A DNA stretch of 64,000 nt from Rhina ancylostomus (Eukaryota): NCBI GenBank assembly GCA_030265395.1, contig JARFYF010000055.1, positions 28,204,226 to 28,268,225 of the forward strand, written 5' to 3'. The number at the start of each line of letters is the position of its first letter. Positions within the stretch are counted from its first letter, which is position 1. Under the pieces are notes generated by a model. It had not been told where the DNA came from. It did not search any database and was given only the letters and a program-made list of their open reading frames with translations. Made by a program: the position numbers and the translations under genes. This document shows, piece after piece, positions 50,116 to 62,714 of this stretch.

Positions 50116-51065
50116 GGTAGATGACAAACGGTTCTCAACATGAGAGGGAAGTGTGTAGCTGTACCAAAGAAAGCCTACAAATATTTAGTTGGTTAAGAAA
50201 TTAATTGGCTTTGCCGTATTTGTAGTCGCGATCGGAGAGAGGCAGACTCGTTCTCCGTCTCCGCCAGTCTATTCACGCACACTGAAAAGTAATTACCGAA
50301 GCACAGAACGTTCTGACATCTAAGTTTTCAAACAAGGGATTTAACAGTTCCAGGTCTCCCGTGCCTCATTAAGTTGTAAGTCTCCACGCTTTTGATGGCA
50401 ATTAAAACACACGCTTGGAAACACTTGGACCCCTGTTTAACTTCCCTCTTCGTATGCCAGACCAATTATCTGCAGAGTACAGTCTTGAGCGGTCCCGTGT
50501 GTGCGCGATGGGTCCCAACCATTCCGTTCGCGATCGACTTCTTGTTAATTCCAAAGGCTGGATCCGTCGAGAGATGGATCCGCAATGTGCTTCTTGAGTT
50601 GTCATGGGGCGTACGCTAAAATACACAATGAATTGGGGGTACATTGGAAAGAAGACTGGTGCAACTAAACAAGTCCACAAGGTGATGTTAGTGCTTTGGA
50701 TCTTTTCTCTTTGTTGACCATGTGATGATGGTTCTTCTCCCGTCCCTCCGCCCCTCAATACAAAGTAGCAATCCTCCGTCCGGTCCCAACTCGTCTATTG
50801 TGCTCTGTTGGTATTTTCCGCGTTTAACCTCAGTTGGAATCCCAGAAGCCAACATGAATTCAGAATTGAGTCGCAGGTGGGAAGTGGAGAGGACGGGGAA
50901 AGAAGAGGGCGGGAGACCACGGGNNNNNNNNNNNNNNNNNNNNNNNNNNNNNNNNNNNNNNNNNNNNNNNNNNNNNNNNNNNNNNNNNNNNNNNNNNNNN
51001 NNNNNNNNNNNNNNNNNNNNNNNGAGGGTAGGGGGCAGGTTGGGGGAAAGCTCATTGGTGAGTGG

Positions 51066-51197
51066 CACACAAAAAAAAGTGCTGGAGGGGCTCAGCAAGT
51101 CAGGCTGCTCCAGCATCAGGTCAGGAACCTGCTGAGTTCCTCCAGCACTTTCTGTGTGTTGCTCCAGATTCCAGCATCTGCAGAGTCTCTGGTGTCT
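51066..51197. mobile_element. Internally deleted Penelope-derived fold-back element
   Basis: aaagtgctggaggggctcagcaagt / acctgctgagttcctccagcacttt inverted arms plus ccagattccagcatctgcag tail. Confidence 0.75.
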
Positions 51198-51353
51198 TCA
51201 TTGGAGAGTGGGACTGGCCCCAGTGGGACAACTACGCGTTGAGCCCTTCGCTATTCGTCAAGAGTGAAACTGGATGTGAGCATCCAATGGGGAGCCCATA
51301 GTGAATTATTGGATAAAAATGTCCAAATCGACAAGATTGCGCCAATTCTATCT

Positions 51354-51481
51354 CAAGTTGATCTCACTGCATCACCAGGCAGTGCAAGCCAGGGCCTCGT
51401 CACACTGGTGACACACAACTACACGCATTTATTACAAGTGACAGCCTTTCCAGGAGTATTTGGGTGACCACTGTGCATCAT
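51354..51481 (+). repeat. Unclassified ~130-bp repeat, left member of an inverted pair
   Basis: Reverse complement of 54734-54863; 62/68 identity over the core 51414-51481 by manual alignment. Confidence 0.85.
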
Positions 51482-51564
51482 AAGTGTATCTAAACCTGCC
51501 GCAGTTAAGTTAAAGCTCCACCTGAATACAAAATACAAATACGGTGGATTTGTACCATAGCTCT

Positions 51565-51719
51565 ATATTGGTATTGGCTTATTATTGTCACTTGTACCGA
51601 GGTACGGTGAAACGCTTGTCTTACAAACTGATCATACAAGTCAATTCATTACACAGTGCAGTTACATTGAGTCAGTACAGAGTGCATTGATATAGTACAG
51701 GTTAAAAAAAAACAGTAAC
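51565..51719 (-). mobile_element. Rex1/Babar 3' tail (young), cut by a gap
   Basis: tattggtattggcttattattgtcacttgtaccgaggtacggtgaa; near-identical to 53108-53260. Confidence 0.8.
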
Positions 51720-51856
51720 NNNNNNNNNNNNNNNNNNNNNNNNNNNNNNNNNNNNNNNNNNNNNNNNNNNNNNNNNNNNNNNNNNNNNNNNNNNNNNNNN
51801 NNNNNNNNNNNNNNNNNNNTCATGGTGTCTATTACACCAGAGAACAAAAGGGACCT

Positions 51857-51955
51857 TGAAAGCCGGCACCTCCGACAAAGTAACAGCCCCCCCCCCCCCA
51901 GTACTGCACTAGGGTACAATTTGAACCCTGAGCATTCTGACACAGAGACAAGGGT
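51857..51955 (-). mobile_element. Deu-domain SINE fragment
   Basis: gaaagccggcacctccgaca...cagtactgcact...ttgaaccc. Confidence 0.5.
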
Positions 51956-51959
51956 AGGA

Positions 51960-52195
51960 CGTTTACAGTGAACTTGATGAAGATTTCGTTTTTGTTTCAC
52001 ACTGACGGTGGTTGGGACCTGGAGCGCACCATCCTTAAGGATGATGGAGAGCACAACATTTAAGAAGTATTTAGACGAGAATTTGAAAAGCCATAGCATA
52101 GGGCCGAAGCGCTGGGAAATAGAATTAGCAATAGGACTAGCAAAGGTTAGTCAGCAGGAACACAATGGGCCGAAGGACCTATTTCAGTGCTCTTT
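51960..52195 (+). mobile_element. CR1 3' end fragment
   Basis: caacatttaagaagtatttagacgag; cacaatgggccgaaggacct. Confidence 0.6.
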
Positions 52196-53107
52196 AACAT
52201 CATTACCAACCGAGTCATCTGCAGCACTAAAGTAAAAAAAAGTATTCTTATTTTTTACTGGTCGATATACGGACATCAGATTTATCAGATTTCCCTAAAA
52301 CCAGCCAATGCATATGGTTTTAATAGATACCAGAGAAAAAATGTACATTTCAGGAAAGATCTCAATTCAAGACAAAACTGGACAACGCAAAACCTTGACA
52401 TTTAGCGACATGGCCCTGGAGAATGCATATGGTTAGCGTGTGTTCCTCTTACAAGACAGTTTGACTCCACAAACCGTCAATGAAAACCTGATACCAACCA
52501 CATCGAAATAAAACCGATACTCAAAGTCGCCAAATGTCAAAGGTATCTCCAGTCAGTGATGAAATGGTTAAATCTCAAGATTCTCAACAGGTTTCACCGT
52601 CACTCACGCACACGTTTAAAACGGCCGTTCAACTCCTCCAGCTGAGTCCCACAAGGGAATGAATGAGGTGGTAGTTACCGTGGATGAGGCTTGTTCAGAC
52701 TGTAGGTATCGATGTTGTCATCGGCGGTGATTGTCTTTTTAAGTAACGCTGAAGGGTAGATTTATTCTCCCACATTCGTGTTAATGAAGGCCTTGAGCTC
52801 TTTTTTCGTATGTTAGTTTCTTTATTCGTTTTCCTTTCCTTTGGGCTCTGTGACTTTTGAAAACAAAACGTGTGAGTTGAATCACTAAAACATTGTCCCT
52901 GATGTGTATCAAGTCATTTGATATAACTCGTGGGAGACCCCATCGTACATTAACACAGGCAAAACATCCGAAGGACATCCCTTCACAATGGAGACTGGAG
53001 CGCAGAGCGAAGTCACTGGCGGCCAGTAATAATGGAAAATAAGATTGTCAGGTGAATTATAAATAGAGCTAGTCAAAATAGTGGGGCGTTTTCTGAAAAA
53101 AGGACAT

Positions 53108-53680
53108 AGGTATTGGTTTATTATTGTTACTTGTGCCGAGGTACTGTGAAAAACTTGTTTTGCATTCCGATCGTACAGGTCAATTCATTATACAGTGTAG
53201 TTACATTGGGTTAGTACAGAGTGCATTGAGGTAGTACAGGTAAAAATAATGACAGTGCAGAGTAAACTGTCCCAGCTACAGAGAAAGTGCAGTGCAATAA
53301 GGTGCAAGGTCACAACAAGGTAGATCGTGAGGTCTGAGTCCATCTCATTGTATAAGGGAACCGTTCAATAGTTTATCACAGTGGGGTAGAAGCTGTCCTT
53401 AAGTCTGGTGGTACGTGCCCTCAGGGTCCTGAATCTTCTACCCGATGGAAGAGGAGAGAAGAGAGAATGTCCCGGGTGGGTGAGGTCTTTGATTATGTTG
53501 GCTGCTACACCAAGACAGTGAGAGGCCAAGGAGGGGAGGCTGTTGTCCGTAACGGGCTGGGCTGTGTCCACAACTCTGCAGCTTCTTGCGGTCTTGGGCA
53601 GATCAGTTGCAGTACCAGGCCGTGATACATCCAGATAGGATGCTTTCTATGGTGCATCGGTAAAAGTTGGTGAAAGTCAA
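53108..53680 (-). mobile_element. Rex1/Babar LINE 3' end
   Basis: Minus-strand NFYRCTIESILSGCITAWY; HPGHSLFSPLPSGRRFRTLRARTTRLKDSFYP. Confidence 0.9.
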
Positions 53681-54733
53681 CTTTTCGTGAAAGAGTGTAT
53701 TTCGTGAATCAGTGGCGTAACTTCTAATGGATGACCCTGTGTTACTTATTGAATGACAAATGGCTTCCTCAGTACTTCCACTGTTAACTCCCACAAGGCA
53801 CGTATCTTCCTATAAACTTAGTATTCTTCCATTGATTCGGTGACTGGTGGTCCATTATTTACTTCTTCTCAACAATCTGGCTGCTCTGTCGTTTCTTCCA
53901 AAAGGGGAGAATGTGTAAACCTATGAACATAAAGCAAAACCTTTCTGTGCCTTATCCCCGCGTCGGTATTTTGACCATAAAATGCAGGAAAAGGCCCGTC
54001 TTTGCTTTATCAATTGCTCATAAAATCTCTACCAGGACGGATTTAATTCTGGAGTAAGTGCAAATGGAACTGCGCGCCTCCAGTCCGATAGCTTCCAGCG
54101 CAGTGTGAAACCATTATCTTTTGCCGGCTGTTCCGCTGGCGACTGCACTGACCATCACAAAGGGCAAGTGTGATCTACTTTTCACTGCCCACTCCCCATT
54201 ACTTGGTTTGATCTGCAGCCCTGCTTCCAAATTTAAATTCCTCATCACCTGACTGATGGTGTTATGTCAATCAGAACATTAGATGCGGATTTGGAGAGAC
54301 GATGCCCCGTTGGCCTCGTTGTTCCTGCGTAGCAGTCAATTCCCCAAGAAAAATGAACGTTTCGCAATATTCCTTCGATTTATTAGCAAGCAGGACGTAT
54401 AATGAGATGTACAGTCACCAGCTGGCTTTACAGAACAGGTGAAAATTGCTCGAGTTATACACGGAGGTGCATGCAATGAAATAGAACTCTTGAAAGGAGA
54501 ATGATAGGTAACCAGTGGGCTCTGAGAATCGTGGCAGTCCCTGACAATTTTGGGGTGAGCTTGACTTGAATGAGACTGCTATTTATATTGACCAGTATAA
54601 TTGTTTTAAGCTAAGATAGGATGAAGGGGCTAGGCAAACAGTGCAGGGCACTCTAAAGATGAACATAAGACGTAAGATACGCACTGGCAGTTTAATAACG
54701 CCCGCGATATTCAGTCAGATAAGAATGCGTGCA

Positions 54734-54863
54734 ATGATGCACAGTGATCACCCAAAAACTCCTGGAAAGGATGTTGCTTGTAATAAATGTGTGTAGTTGT
54801 GCGACATCAGAGTGTGAGGAGACCATGGGCTGTGCTTCCTGGTGGAGCAGTTAAGTTCACTTG
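54734..54863 (-). repeat. Unclassified ~130-bp repeat, right member of an inverted pair
   Basis: Reverse complement of 51354-51481. Confidence 0.85.
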
Positions 54864-55693
54864 TTAACGGAGCTGCCAAGGTACCCAGCGGTTGGAAATC
54901 TGGGTTGAGGGAGATATATGATTGCATCCACATATCAGAATAATATATTTACTTTTTGAATGTAAGGAACATAGGAAAAGGAAAACAATATGTCAATGCT
55001 GCAACTTGAAGTCTCTGCCAGAAGTACTTTAAACACAGACTGCCCTTTGCGAAGAAAAGTTGCAGAGGACTTCACATTGAGGAAAAGGCGAACTGCTGAG
55101 AGACCCTTCATCCACCTCTCACTCAACAATTAAATCTCAGAAACCCAAAGAGATTATTTTTGGCCCAGTAGATACTCTACCCTTGGAGTAATTAGTGTTT
55201 CCAGTGAAATGTTGAGGTCGAGTTACTACCGTATAAAAATGTTAGTAGGAAATATTGGAAGTGCTTGTTAGGAGTAATGAAGGTATTTTAATAAATTCGG
55301 ATTCTGCACTTGGTGGAATAATCCCTTTCTCTGAATTAGATTATCCCTTATATACATTTAGAACCAGAAATAAAGCCAGTCAACATGAACACGTTTCTGA
55401 TTTCACTTAGTTTCCTGAAGCAAAAATCACACCTTGTGTGAAAGGCCTGCAGGAGGCCATTAGGCTCATTTTGTGCCTTTGACAGCTTTTTGTGTTACTC
55501 AATTAGTCCCACTTCTCTGTCCCACACTTTTAATTTCCACTTCAAGTGGAATCTCCTTCTGCCACAGCTTCAGTCAATGCATTTCAGTTGATTANNNNNN
55601 NNNNNNNNNNNNNNNNNNNNNNNNNNNNNNNNNNNNNNNNNNNNNNNNNNNNNNNNNNNNNNNNNNNNNNNNNNNNNNNNNNNNNNNNNNNNN

Positions 55694-56070
55694 NGGGGGG
55701 GGGCACCTGATAGAGCTATATAAGATGACGAGAGGCATTGATTGGGTGGATAGTCAGAGGCTCTACCCCAGGGCTGAAATGGTGGCCACAAGAGGACATA
55801 GGTTTAAGGTACTGGGGAGTAGGTACAGACGAGATGTCAGGGGTAAGTTTTTTACTCAGAGAGTGGTGAGTGCGTGGAATAGGCTGCGAGCAACAGTAAT
55901 GGAGGCGGATACGATAGGGTCTCTTAAGAGACTGTTGGGTAGGTACATGGAGATGAGAAAAATAGAGGGCTATGGGTAAGCCTAGTAATTTCTAGGGTAG
56001 GCACATGTGTGGCATAGCTTTGTGGGCTGAAGGGCCTGAATTGTGCTGCAGGTTTTTCTATGTTTCTATG
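55694..56070 (+). mobile_element. Young CR1 LINE 3' end
   Basis: LIELYKMTRGIDWVDSQRLYPR..TRGHRFKV..DVRGKFFTQRVVSAWN; tail gggctgaagggcctg..tttctatgtttctatg. Confidence 0.9.
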
Positions 56071-56923
56071 CATAAATTCTCAAATGGTTACTGCAGATTG
56101 TAAGATATTATGACTACTTAAGAAAAAGAAGTGGGAATTAAAGATGCATTAGCCTAACATCAATAATGAAGTAAATGCTAGAATCTACTGTTAAGGAAAT
56201 GGTAGCAGAAGACTTGAAAAATAATAATGGGATTTTAATGGGAAGAATTAACATGGATTTACAAAAGAGAAATCATCTTTGACAAATCTGTGTTTTTTCT
56301 TGGTGTGACTAGAGTAGAATTGATAAAGGGGTGGTGGGTGAGTGGATGTGGTGTATTGGATGTTTAGAAGGCTTTCAAATAAGATGTCATCTGAGGTTAT
56401 TAAGCAACTATAACACATGGGATTGGGTATAATATACTGGTGTGGACTGTAGCTTAATTGTCAGAAGCAGAGAATAGGAATAAATGGTTACCTTTTTGGA
56501 TTGGGAAACTCTGGCTGGTGGGGTGCAACAGTGATCAGTGTTGTGCCCCAGCAATTCACAACCTGCGTTGCCAATTTGGTTGAGGGGACCATTCAACTAT
56601 ATTAAAATTTGATGATGTTCTGAGCAAGTTAGCAGTGTGAGTGGTGAGGAGGATGCTGAGAGGCATCAAGTGGAAATAGACAGACTAAGTGAATGGCAAG
56701 GGCATGGCAGATGGAACATAATTCGGTCGAAAATATGTGCTGTAATATTTAAAGAATGTGGCATTGAAAGGGACTGGTGATTAAAGGCATCTGAGAGTCC
56801 TTTTACATGAATCACTGGAAGTCAACATGCAAGCATAGCAAGCAATCAGGAAGTCAATTGGTACGTTAGCTTTAATTGCAAGAGAATTAGTGTACAAGAG
56901 TAAGGTTGTCTTACAACAATTAT

Positions 56924-57870
56924 TTCTTCTTCTGTCCTAAGGCAATCCTTTGCTTTCACTCTAGCTTGTGGGTTCTGAAGTGATGAATGAGGCCAATGTA
57001 GGAACCACAGACCCTTCCACAGATGGGTGGGCAGTTTGTGAGATGTGTCCTTTTTATATTTATTTCATGGATTTGTGATTCTCAATACTACTCTGAATGC
57101 TCCTTCTTCACTTTGAGCAGTTGCGAGCCAAGAAGTCCCAGGAATCAGTGGGAATCTTGCATTTTTACAAGTTAGTTTGAGAACATCATTGAATCTTTTC
57201 CTCTGTTCATTTGGTAATCTCTTCATGTGGCTGAGCTCAGAATATATATCTGATTGGGGAGTCTGGTGTCATGCACAGAAACAAACTGGCTTTCACAATG
57301 GAGTTGATTGAGTGCACCTGGGGCTTCAGTGTTGGAGATGTTGGAGAAGTCACTGATGTTGGTTTGCTGATTCATACGGTGATTTTGTAAAGACAGCACT
57401 GTTGATATCTTTCCAGTGACTTGATATGCTTATTGTAGGTAATACAGATCTTGGAAGCATATCGGAGGACAGAGATCACTGCTGCCTGGTTAACCATGAG
57501 TTTTGGACCAGATTTGAGGTCTTGATCTTCAAACACACTTTTCCTCAATTAACCAAAGGCTATCTTGACATATTGAAGGCAGCCATGGATTTCATAACTG
57601 ATGTCTGTCTTTGTTGAGAGGTGGCTTCTGAGATATGATAAGCGGTCTATGTTTTCTAAGGTCTGGTCATGAACCTTCATTATTGCAGGGCACTTTGGCG
57701 CAGAGGGAAGAGGTTGCTAAAGGACTTTTGTCTTGCAGCTGTCGAGTGTAAGGTCCATCCTTCTGTATGTTTCAGAAAAAGCATTAGTAATGTCTTGAAA
57801 GGCCTCTGGGCATGTGCAAATGCATACATCATCTGCAGCTCAACTGCAGATGTTTGGGCAAACAAAAACA
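56924..57870 (-). mobile_element. RTE (BovB-like) LINE 3' part nested in CR1
   Basis: Minus-strand ENIDRLSYLRSHLSTKTDISYEI..IAFG-LRKSVFEDQDL..KLMVNQAAVISVLRYAS; (gaa)n tail at 56924. Confidence 0.8.
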
Positions 57871-58187
57871 ATCATCTGAAAGAGGGAGTGCAAAGACTCC
57901 TCACCAAATTGATTCTTGGGATGAGGAGACTTGTACTCTTTGATTAAGCAGACTAGGTGTACGTTCACTTAAATTTAGAAGAATAAGAGGGAATTTATGG
58001 AAACATTCAAAACTTTCATGGGGCTTGACAGAGTAGATGCAGAGATAATGTTTTGTCTGCCTGGGGTATCTAGAAACTGGGGTCACATACTCAGGATAAG
58101 AAGTCAGCCATTTAGGACTGAGATGAAAAGAAATTCCTTCATCCACAGTGGAGTGAATCTTTGGAATTATCTGCCCAAAAGGGCTGT

Positions 58188-58499
58188 ATAAAAAAGTTTG
58201 AACACACGTATCGCCAAGACTCAAGGACAGTTTCTATCCTGCTGTTATCAAAATCTTGAACATAGCTCTCATATTGCTAAAGATGGATTCTTGGTCTCCC
58301 AATCTACCTTGACGTGGCTTTTGTACTTTATTTGTTTACCTGCACTGCACTGTCTCTATAGCTGCTACACCATCTGCTGCCTTCTGTTTTCTTTTACTTC
58401 CTCGATGTACTTATATATCGCACGATCTGCAAACAAAAGTTTTTCACTGTATCTCAATACACATGACAATAATAAACTGATAATAATACAATAACAATA
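58188..58499 (+). mobile_element. Rex1/Babar 3' end nested in CR1
   Basis: agactcaaggacagtttctatcctgctgttatc..catgacaataataaac; flanked by CTGT at 58184-58187 and 58500-58503. Confidence 0.8.
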
Positions 58500-58699
58500 C
58501 TGTGAAGATCACTCGTTGGGTATCTTCAAGATAGAGGCCGATAGATTTTGGATACTAAGAGAATCAGGCATTCTTGCAGCAAAGTGGTGCTGAGATTGAT
58601 AAACAGTGATGATCAAATGGATGGAGGAGGATGTGTGGCCTTTTTCATTTGTTCTTATGTTCACATCATTTGTCAACTATAGTTCCGAAAGTTAGTTTC

Positions 58700-59700
58700 A
58701 GTACTCCAACTGGGGCTTAACTAGCTATTAGCAAAGGCTTAGTATTATTTCCTTGCTTTTGTACTTTATGCCATTATCAAAACAAAAGATCCATGTGTCT
58801 TTATTACTGCTTTCTCAGCTTGTCCTATCAGCTCAAAGACATGTGCGAATATTCAGGTCTCTCTGTTCCTGCAGCCACTTTAAAATCATACCTTACGGTT
58901 TATGTTGCCTCTTCCTATTCTTCTCATGACAGATAAATCACCACAGTTTTTCTTCCTAAATTTTATCTGCCATACAACAGTCAATTTTACTAGTCTTTTG
59001 ATTTTCTTCTAAAGTCTGTTATTATCCTCCTCACTTTTGTGAGTCAGACATTCATCACGACTTTCTCCTGTGAATATCTTCGTCAATTTTATTTTCATGT
59101 AGCCACCGCCCCTTGATCCCATGAACTTTAATTTTGCTGGCAAGTCTATTATGTGCTGTTATGAAAGCCCTTTGAAAGTCGAAATACACAGCACAACTAC
59201 ACTCCCTTCGACAAGTACCACAATATGCTTTCAACAAATTCGTGTTGCTTTTATTTAATTACCTACATTTTTCCCCAACATCTTATTTCATGTTGTCGCA
59301 GATTAATGCTTTTCAGGACTTCTCCATCATTTACATTAGACTACCGGGCCTATAATTGCTGAACTATTTCACTCCCTTTTTATTGAAGAAAGGTGTAAAT
59401 TTACAGTCCTCTAACCCTCTGCCATCTCTACCATATTCAAAGGAAATTGAAAGATTGAGGTCAGTAGCTCTGCAATTTCACCCCTTACTACTTTAAGCAA
59501 CTTTGAATGCATCCCATCTGTATTGAGATGATGTTTCTAGTTTGATCATTCCCAATCATTTTTATTGGCTCCATTATCAAATTCTTCTACTTTACTGTGG
59601 CACTGAACCCATCTTTAATGTAAATGATGCAAAGTATTCATCTGGTATTTCCATGTTCTCTGCCTCCATAAAGAGTTCTTCTTTCTTGCCTCTGACTTTC
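58700..59700 (-). mobile_element. Old CR1 LINE fragment
   Basis: ORF 59055-59237(-) AVYFDFQRAF..HNRLASKIKVHGIKG. Confidence 0.65.
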
Positions 59701-60719
59701 TGGCCTCATGGAAACACAGTGAGTTTGATAACTGAGTGAGTTTGACAATTAAATGAGTTGAAAACTAAAATATTTTGAGAATGATGGAGTGACCATTTAA
59801 TGAGAAAGGAGATAAGGAAGGAGAGTTCATGATTTAAAGTTTGATATGATATTGTGAGTTTTTAAATTTTCTATGTCATCTGTCTCTTCTCTGGAGATGA
59901 CTCTGAGCTACTATCAGTTCTGGGAGGACAGGAAGCCACCTCCTTTTAGTTTTCATCTCAACTCGATTAAATCATTGATCCTTTACTGCTGTTGATTTTG
60001 TGCAAATGATTCTCTTTCCATACTTTGTCCAAAAGTCAATGCATTGAAAAAGTTAATCAGATACAATTTTTGTTTTGGCCAAAGTTAATAAGCAGCCTGT
60101 ATTTTGCACTCTAACTACTCTTCTCTTCCTTTAATGTCTACTGAATATCTGGTAGAATGTAAACTAAACTCTTGATTCACTATTGCCCATTGCGAATTTC
60201 TCTGCAGACTGAATTTGATTGGTTTAACATTTTCTTTTTATCATGTAACCATTATATTCAAGTGTTATCCTAACCACACCCATCAGCCCCCTTCACTGGA
60301 AGTGCACTTGTATGAACTTCAGCTCATGGAACATTATTCCTAAACTATGGTTCCCAAAGTTAGTTTCAGTACTCCAACTAACTTTGGGAAAAGCCAGTGT
60401 TTGGCTTTTTTTCCTGTTCCTTACCCACAAGAGTTGAATTTAGAGCACACCAGGTGCTGTCTACTGAAACTGGATGTTTCACAGTCAGACTATGAATGGA
60501 AACTGAGATCGTTCTGCAGTGTATGGCATATCTACCCACTGAACATACTTGCTCAATTTTGCTCTAATCTGATGCTCATGCCATTAGCAGTTCATAATGG
60601 AATATCCTGATTTCGAATGGATTCACCATCCCATTACTCTGATCTTTACTAGCTGATTCCCACCTTCCCAACATGAAGCTTTGGGATCATACTCTGACTG
60701 CTCATTAATCCCAGCAAGG

Positions 60720-61440
60720 GATGAATTATAGAACAGCACAAGGAAGCCATTTAACAACCAAATCTGCACTGGCTCTTTCAAGCAGCAATCCTATGCAATA
60801 ACAATCCTCCATTATTTCCCCCACATTCCAGAAAAAAATCTTTTCTTTTTTTTTGCCAGTTCCCTCTTGAAGAATTTTGTGAAATCTGGATCCACCGTAT
60901 TATGTGGTCCATTCCAAATCCAAACCACCACTTTGCAAAAACTTTTCTTCTCCAGCTTTCCACAGTGCTTATATTGATCACCAAAGATCTGGGCTCTTTG
61001 AATTTCAGTTCTTCAACTAATGGAAACAATTTCTCTGTATTTATTCTGTCAGAGCAAGTTATGATATTATGCACTTCCATCAAATCTCTTTCTATTCTCT
61101 CCCCTTAAGGTGAACAACCTTAGTTCCACTGTGTGCACATTGCTTTAACCTTCTTGTCCTGAAATCGTTTGAGTAAAGTTCTTTTATATCCTCTGAGGCA
61201 TTTATGTCCTTTCTAAAGCATGTTGCCCAAACTTTAAAGCAATACTCCAGGTGGACCATAACGAGTGATTTTAACCATTAAAATAACTTCCTACTTCTTG
61301 TACTTTAGCTTCTGTTTATGAGGACTCCAAATATTTTATTAACTGTTTGTTGTCCTGCAACATCATGAATGTTAGTTAATGCTTCCTCTTTAAAATTGTA
61401 CCCTTTGATTGTTTTATTTCTCCTCATTCTTCATAACAAA
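60720..61440 (-). mobile_element. Old CR1 3' fragment
   Basis: atagaacagcacaaggaagccattt tail; minus-strand DRINTEKLFPLVE. Confidence 0.6.
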
Positions 61441-61609
61441 GTACGACTGAGCATTCTGAGGTCATCAGAACACCAATGTACTATTCTGTTTTCTAGACAA
61501 TGAGTACATTGTAAACTTACATTTCTTAAATATATTTTTATTATTTTGCATGATAACTTTGCAACTTTTAATCTTTAGAGTACTTCTCTCTTGTGATCGA
61601 GTATGATAG

Positions 61610-62010
61610 ATTCAGGTTGTGAGCTGAATTACTTAAGACAATGTTGCTCAGAAAAAGGATCCCATTATCTGTTGGGATTACCAATACATCAACTCCCAAT
61701 TTTATAGGAAGTTGATATTTCCCCTGACTGGATGACCTAGAACCAGGGATTGGAGTCTGAAACTAAAGGATTGTCAGTGTTTGTCAGGATGAAGAGAAAT
61801 TTCTTCATCCAGTAAATTTTTGAACTTTCTACCCAAAAGGACTGGAGATGCTCAATAAATTCAAGGCGACGATCAATAGACTTTCAGACATCAAGTCGTA
61901 TTGGGAAACAATGGAATTAAGGAATACAGGGTTAGTGCTGAGGTAAAAAGATCAGATATAATCACATTATAATAGGCACAAAGGACTCCTGCTTCTACTT
62001 CTTATGTTCA
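61610..62010 (+). mobile_element. Old CR1 3' fragment
   Basis: ctagaaccaggg..gatgaagagaaatttcttcatccag..ttctacccaaaagg..ctcctgcttctacttcttatgttc. Confidence 0.55.
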
Positions 62011-62349
62011 TTTTATCACAGTGCCCACAGATGCTCGGCTAATTGTGGAACCAGTGATGAATGATGCCTCTTCTTACCCTGCTAGCTGAGTGGCATTTAC
62101 TCTTTCCTTCTCCTAATATTGGAAGCTTCTGAAGGGACTCCATTTCTGCTAAAGGAAGCAAGCTATAGAGTGGACTGGAATTAAACGTGGACAGCAACAC
62201 AAAACTGGTGGTGTCTCATTTGCCATTCACATGGAACACTTCCCATCGTCCATGTCAATTTAATTTAACATCCAGCAATCTCACCAGAGAGTGACTCGTG
62301 GTCTAATGTCATTCTGCACATTGAAAATCAAAATAATTGCAGTTGCCGC

Positions 62350-62510
62350 TAATCTGAAATAAAACAAAAAAAGTGAAAATACTCAGCAGGTCAATGAAAC
62401 AGTTAATATGTTTGACGTTGACGACGAAGGGTCTTCAATCTGAAACGTTAACTCTGTTTCTTTTTCCAGACACCACCTGACCTGCTGAGTGTTTCCAACA
62501 TTTTCTGCTA
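62350..62510. repeat. Penelope-derived fold-back element
   Basis: aatactcagcaggtca..gaaacagttaa / ttaactctgtttc..tgacctgctgagtgtt; centre gacgaagggtc..tgaaacgttaact. Confidence 0.7.
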
Positions 62511-62714
62511 TCATTCTGCACATTGTGTGCCATTGTCCAAACCTTATTTGACCTTCTGACCTTAGTTTTGAAAAGTAAAGCATTATTATTTTGAAACCTC
62601 CTATACTATGGTTGCTGCTTCTCTCTCGGATATTTGGTTGCTATGACAACTTCTGACCTCGCTGTGTCAAAAAAAAATCTGCTTGTTTCTAAATCAACTT
62701 AATGTCTCAGAGCA

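Larger units (their letters stand above)
56110..58660 (+). mobile_element. Old CR1 LINE ORF2, split by RTE and Rex1 insertions
   Basis: catggatttac..aaatcatctttgacaaatct (HGF..KSxLTNL), gatgtggtgtattggatg..aaggctttc; resumes ~57878 and at 58500. Confidence 0.75.
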
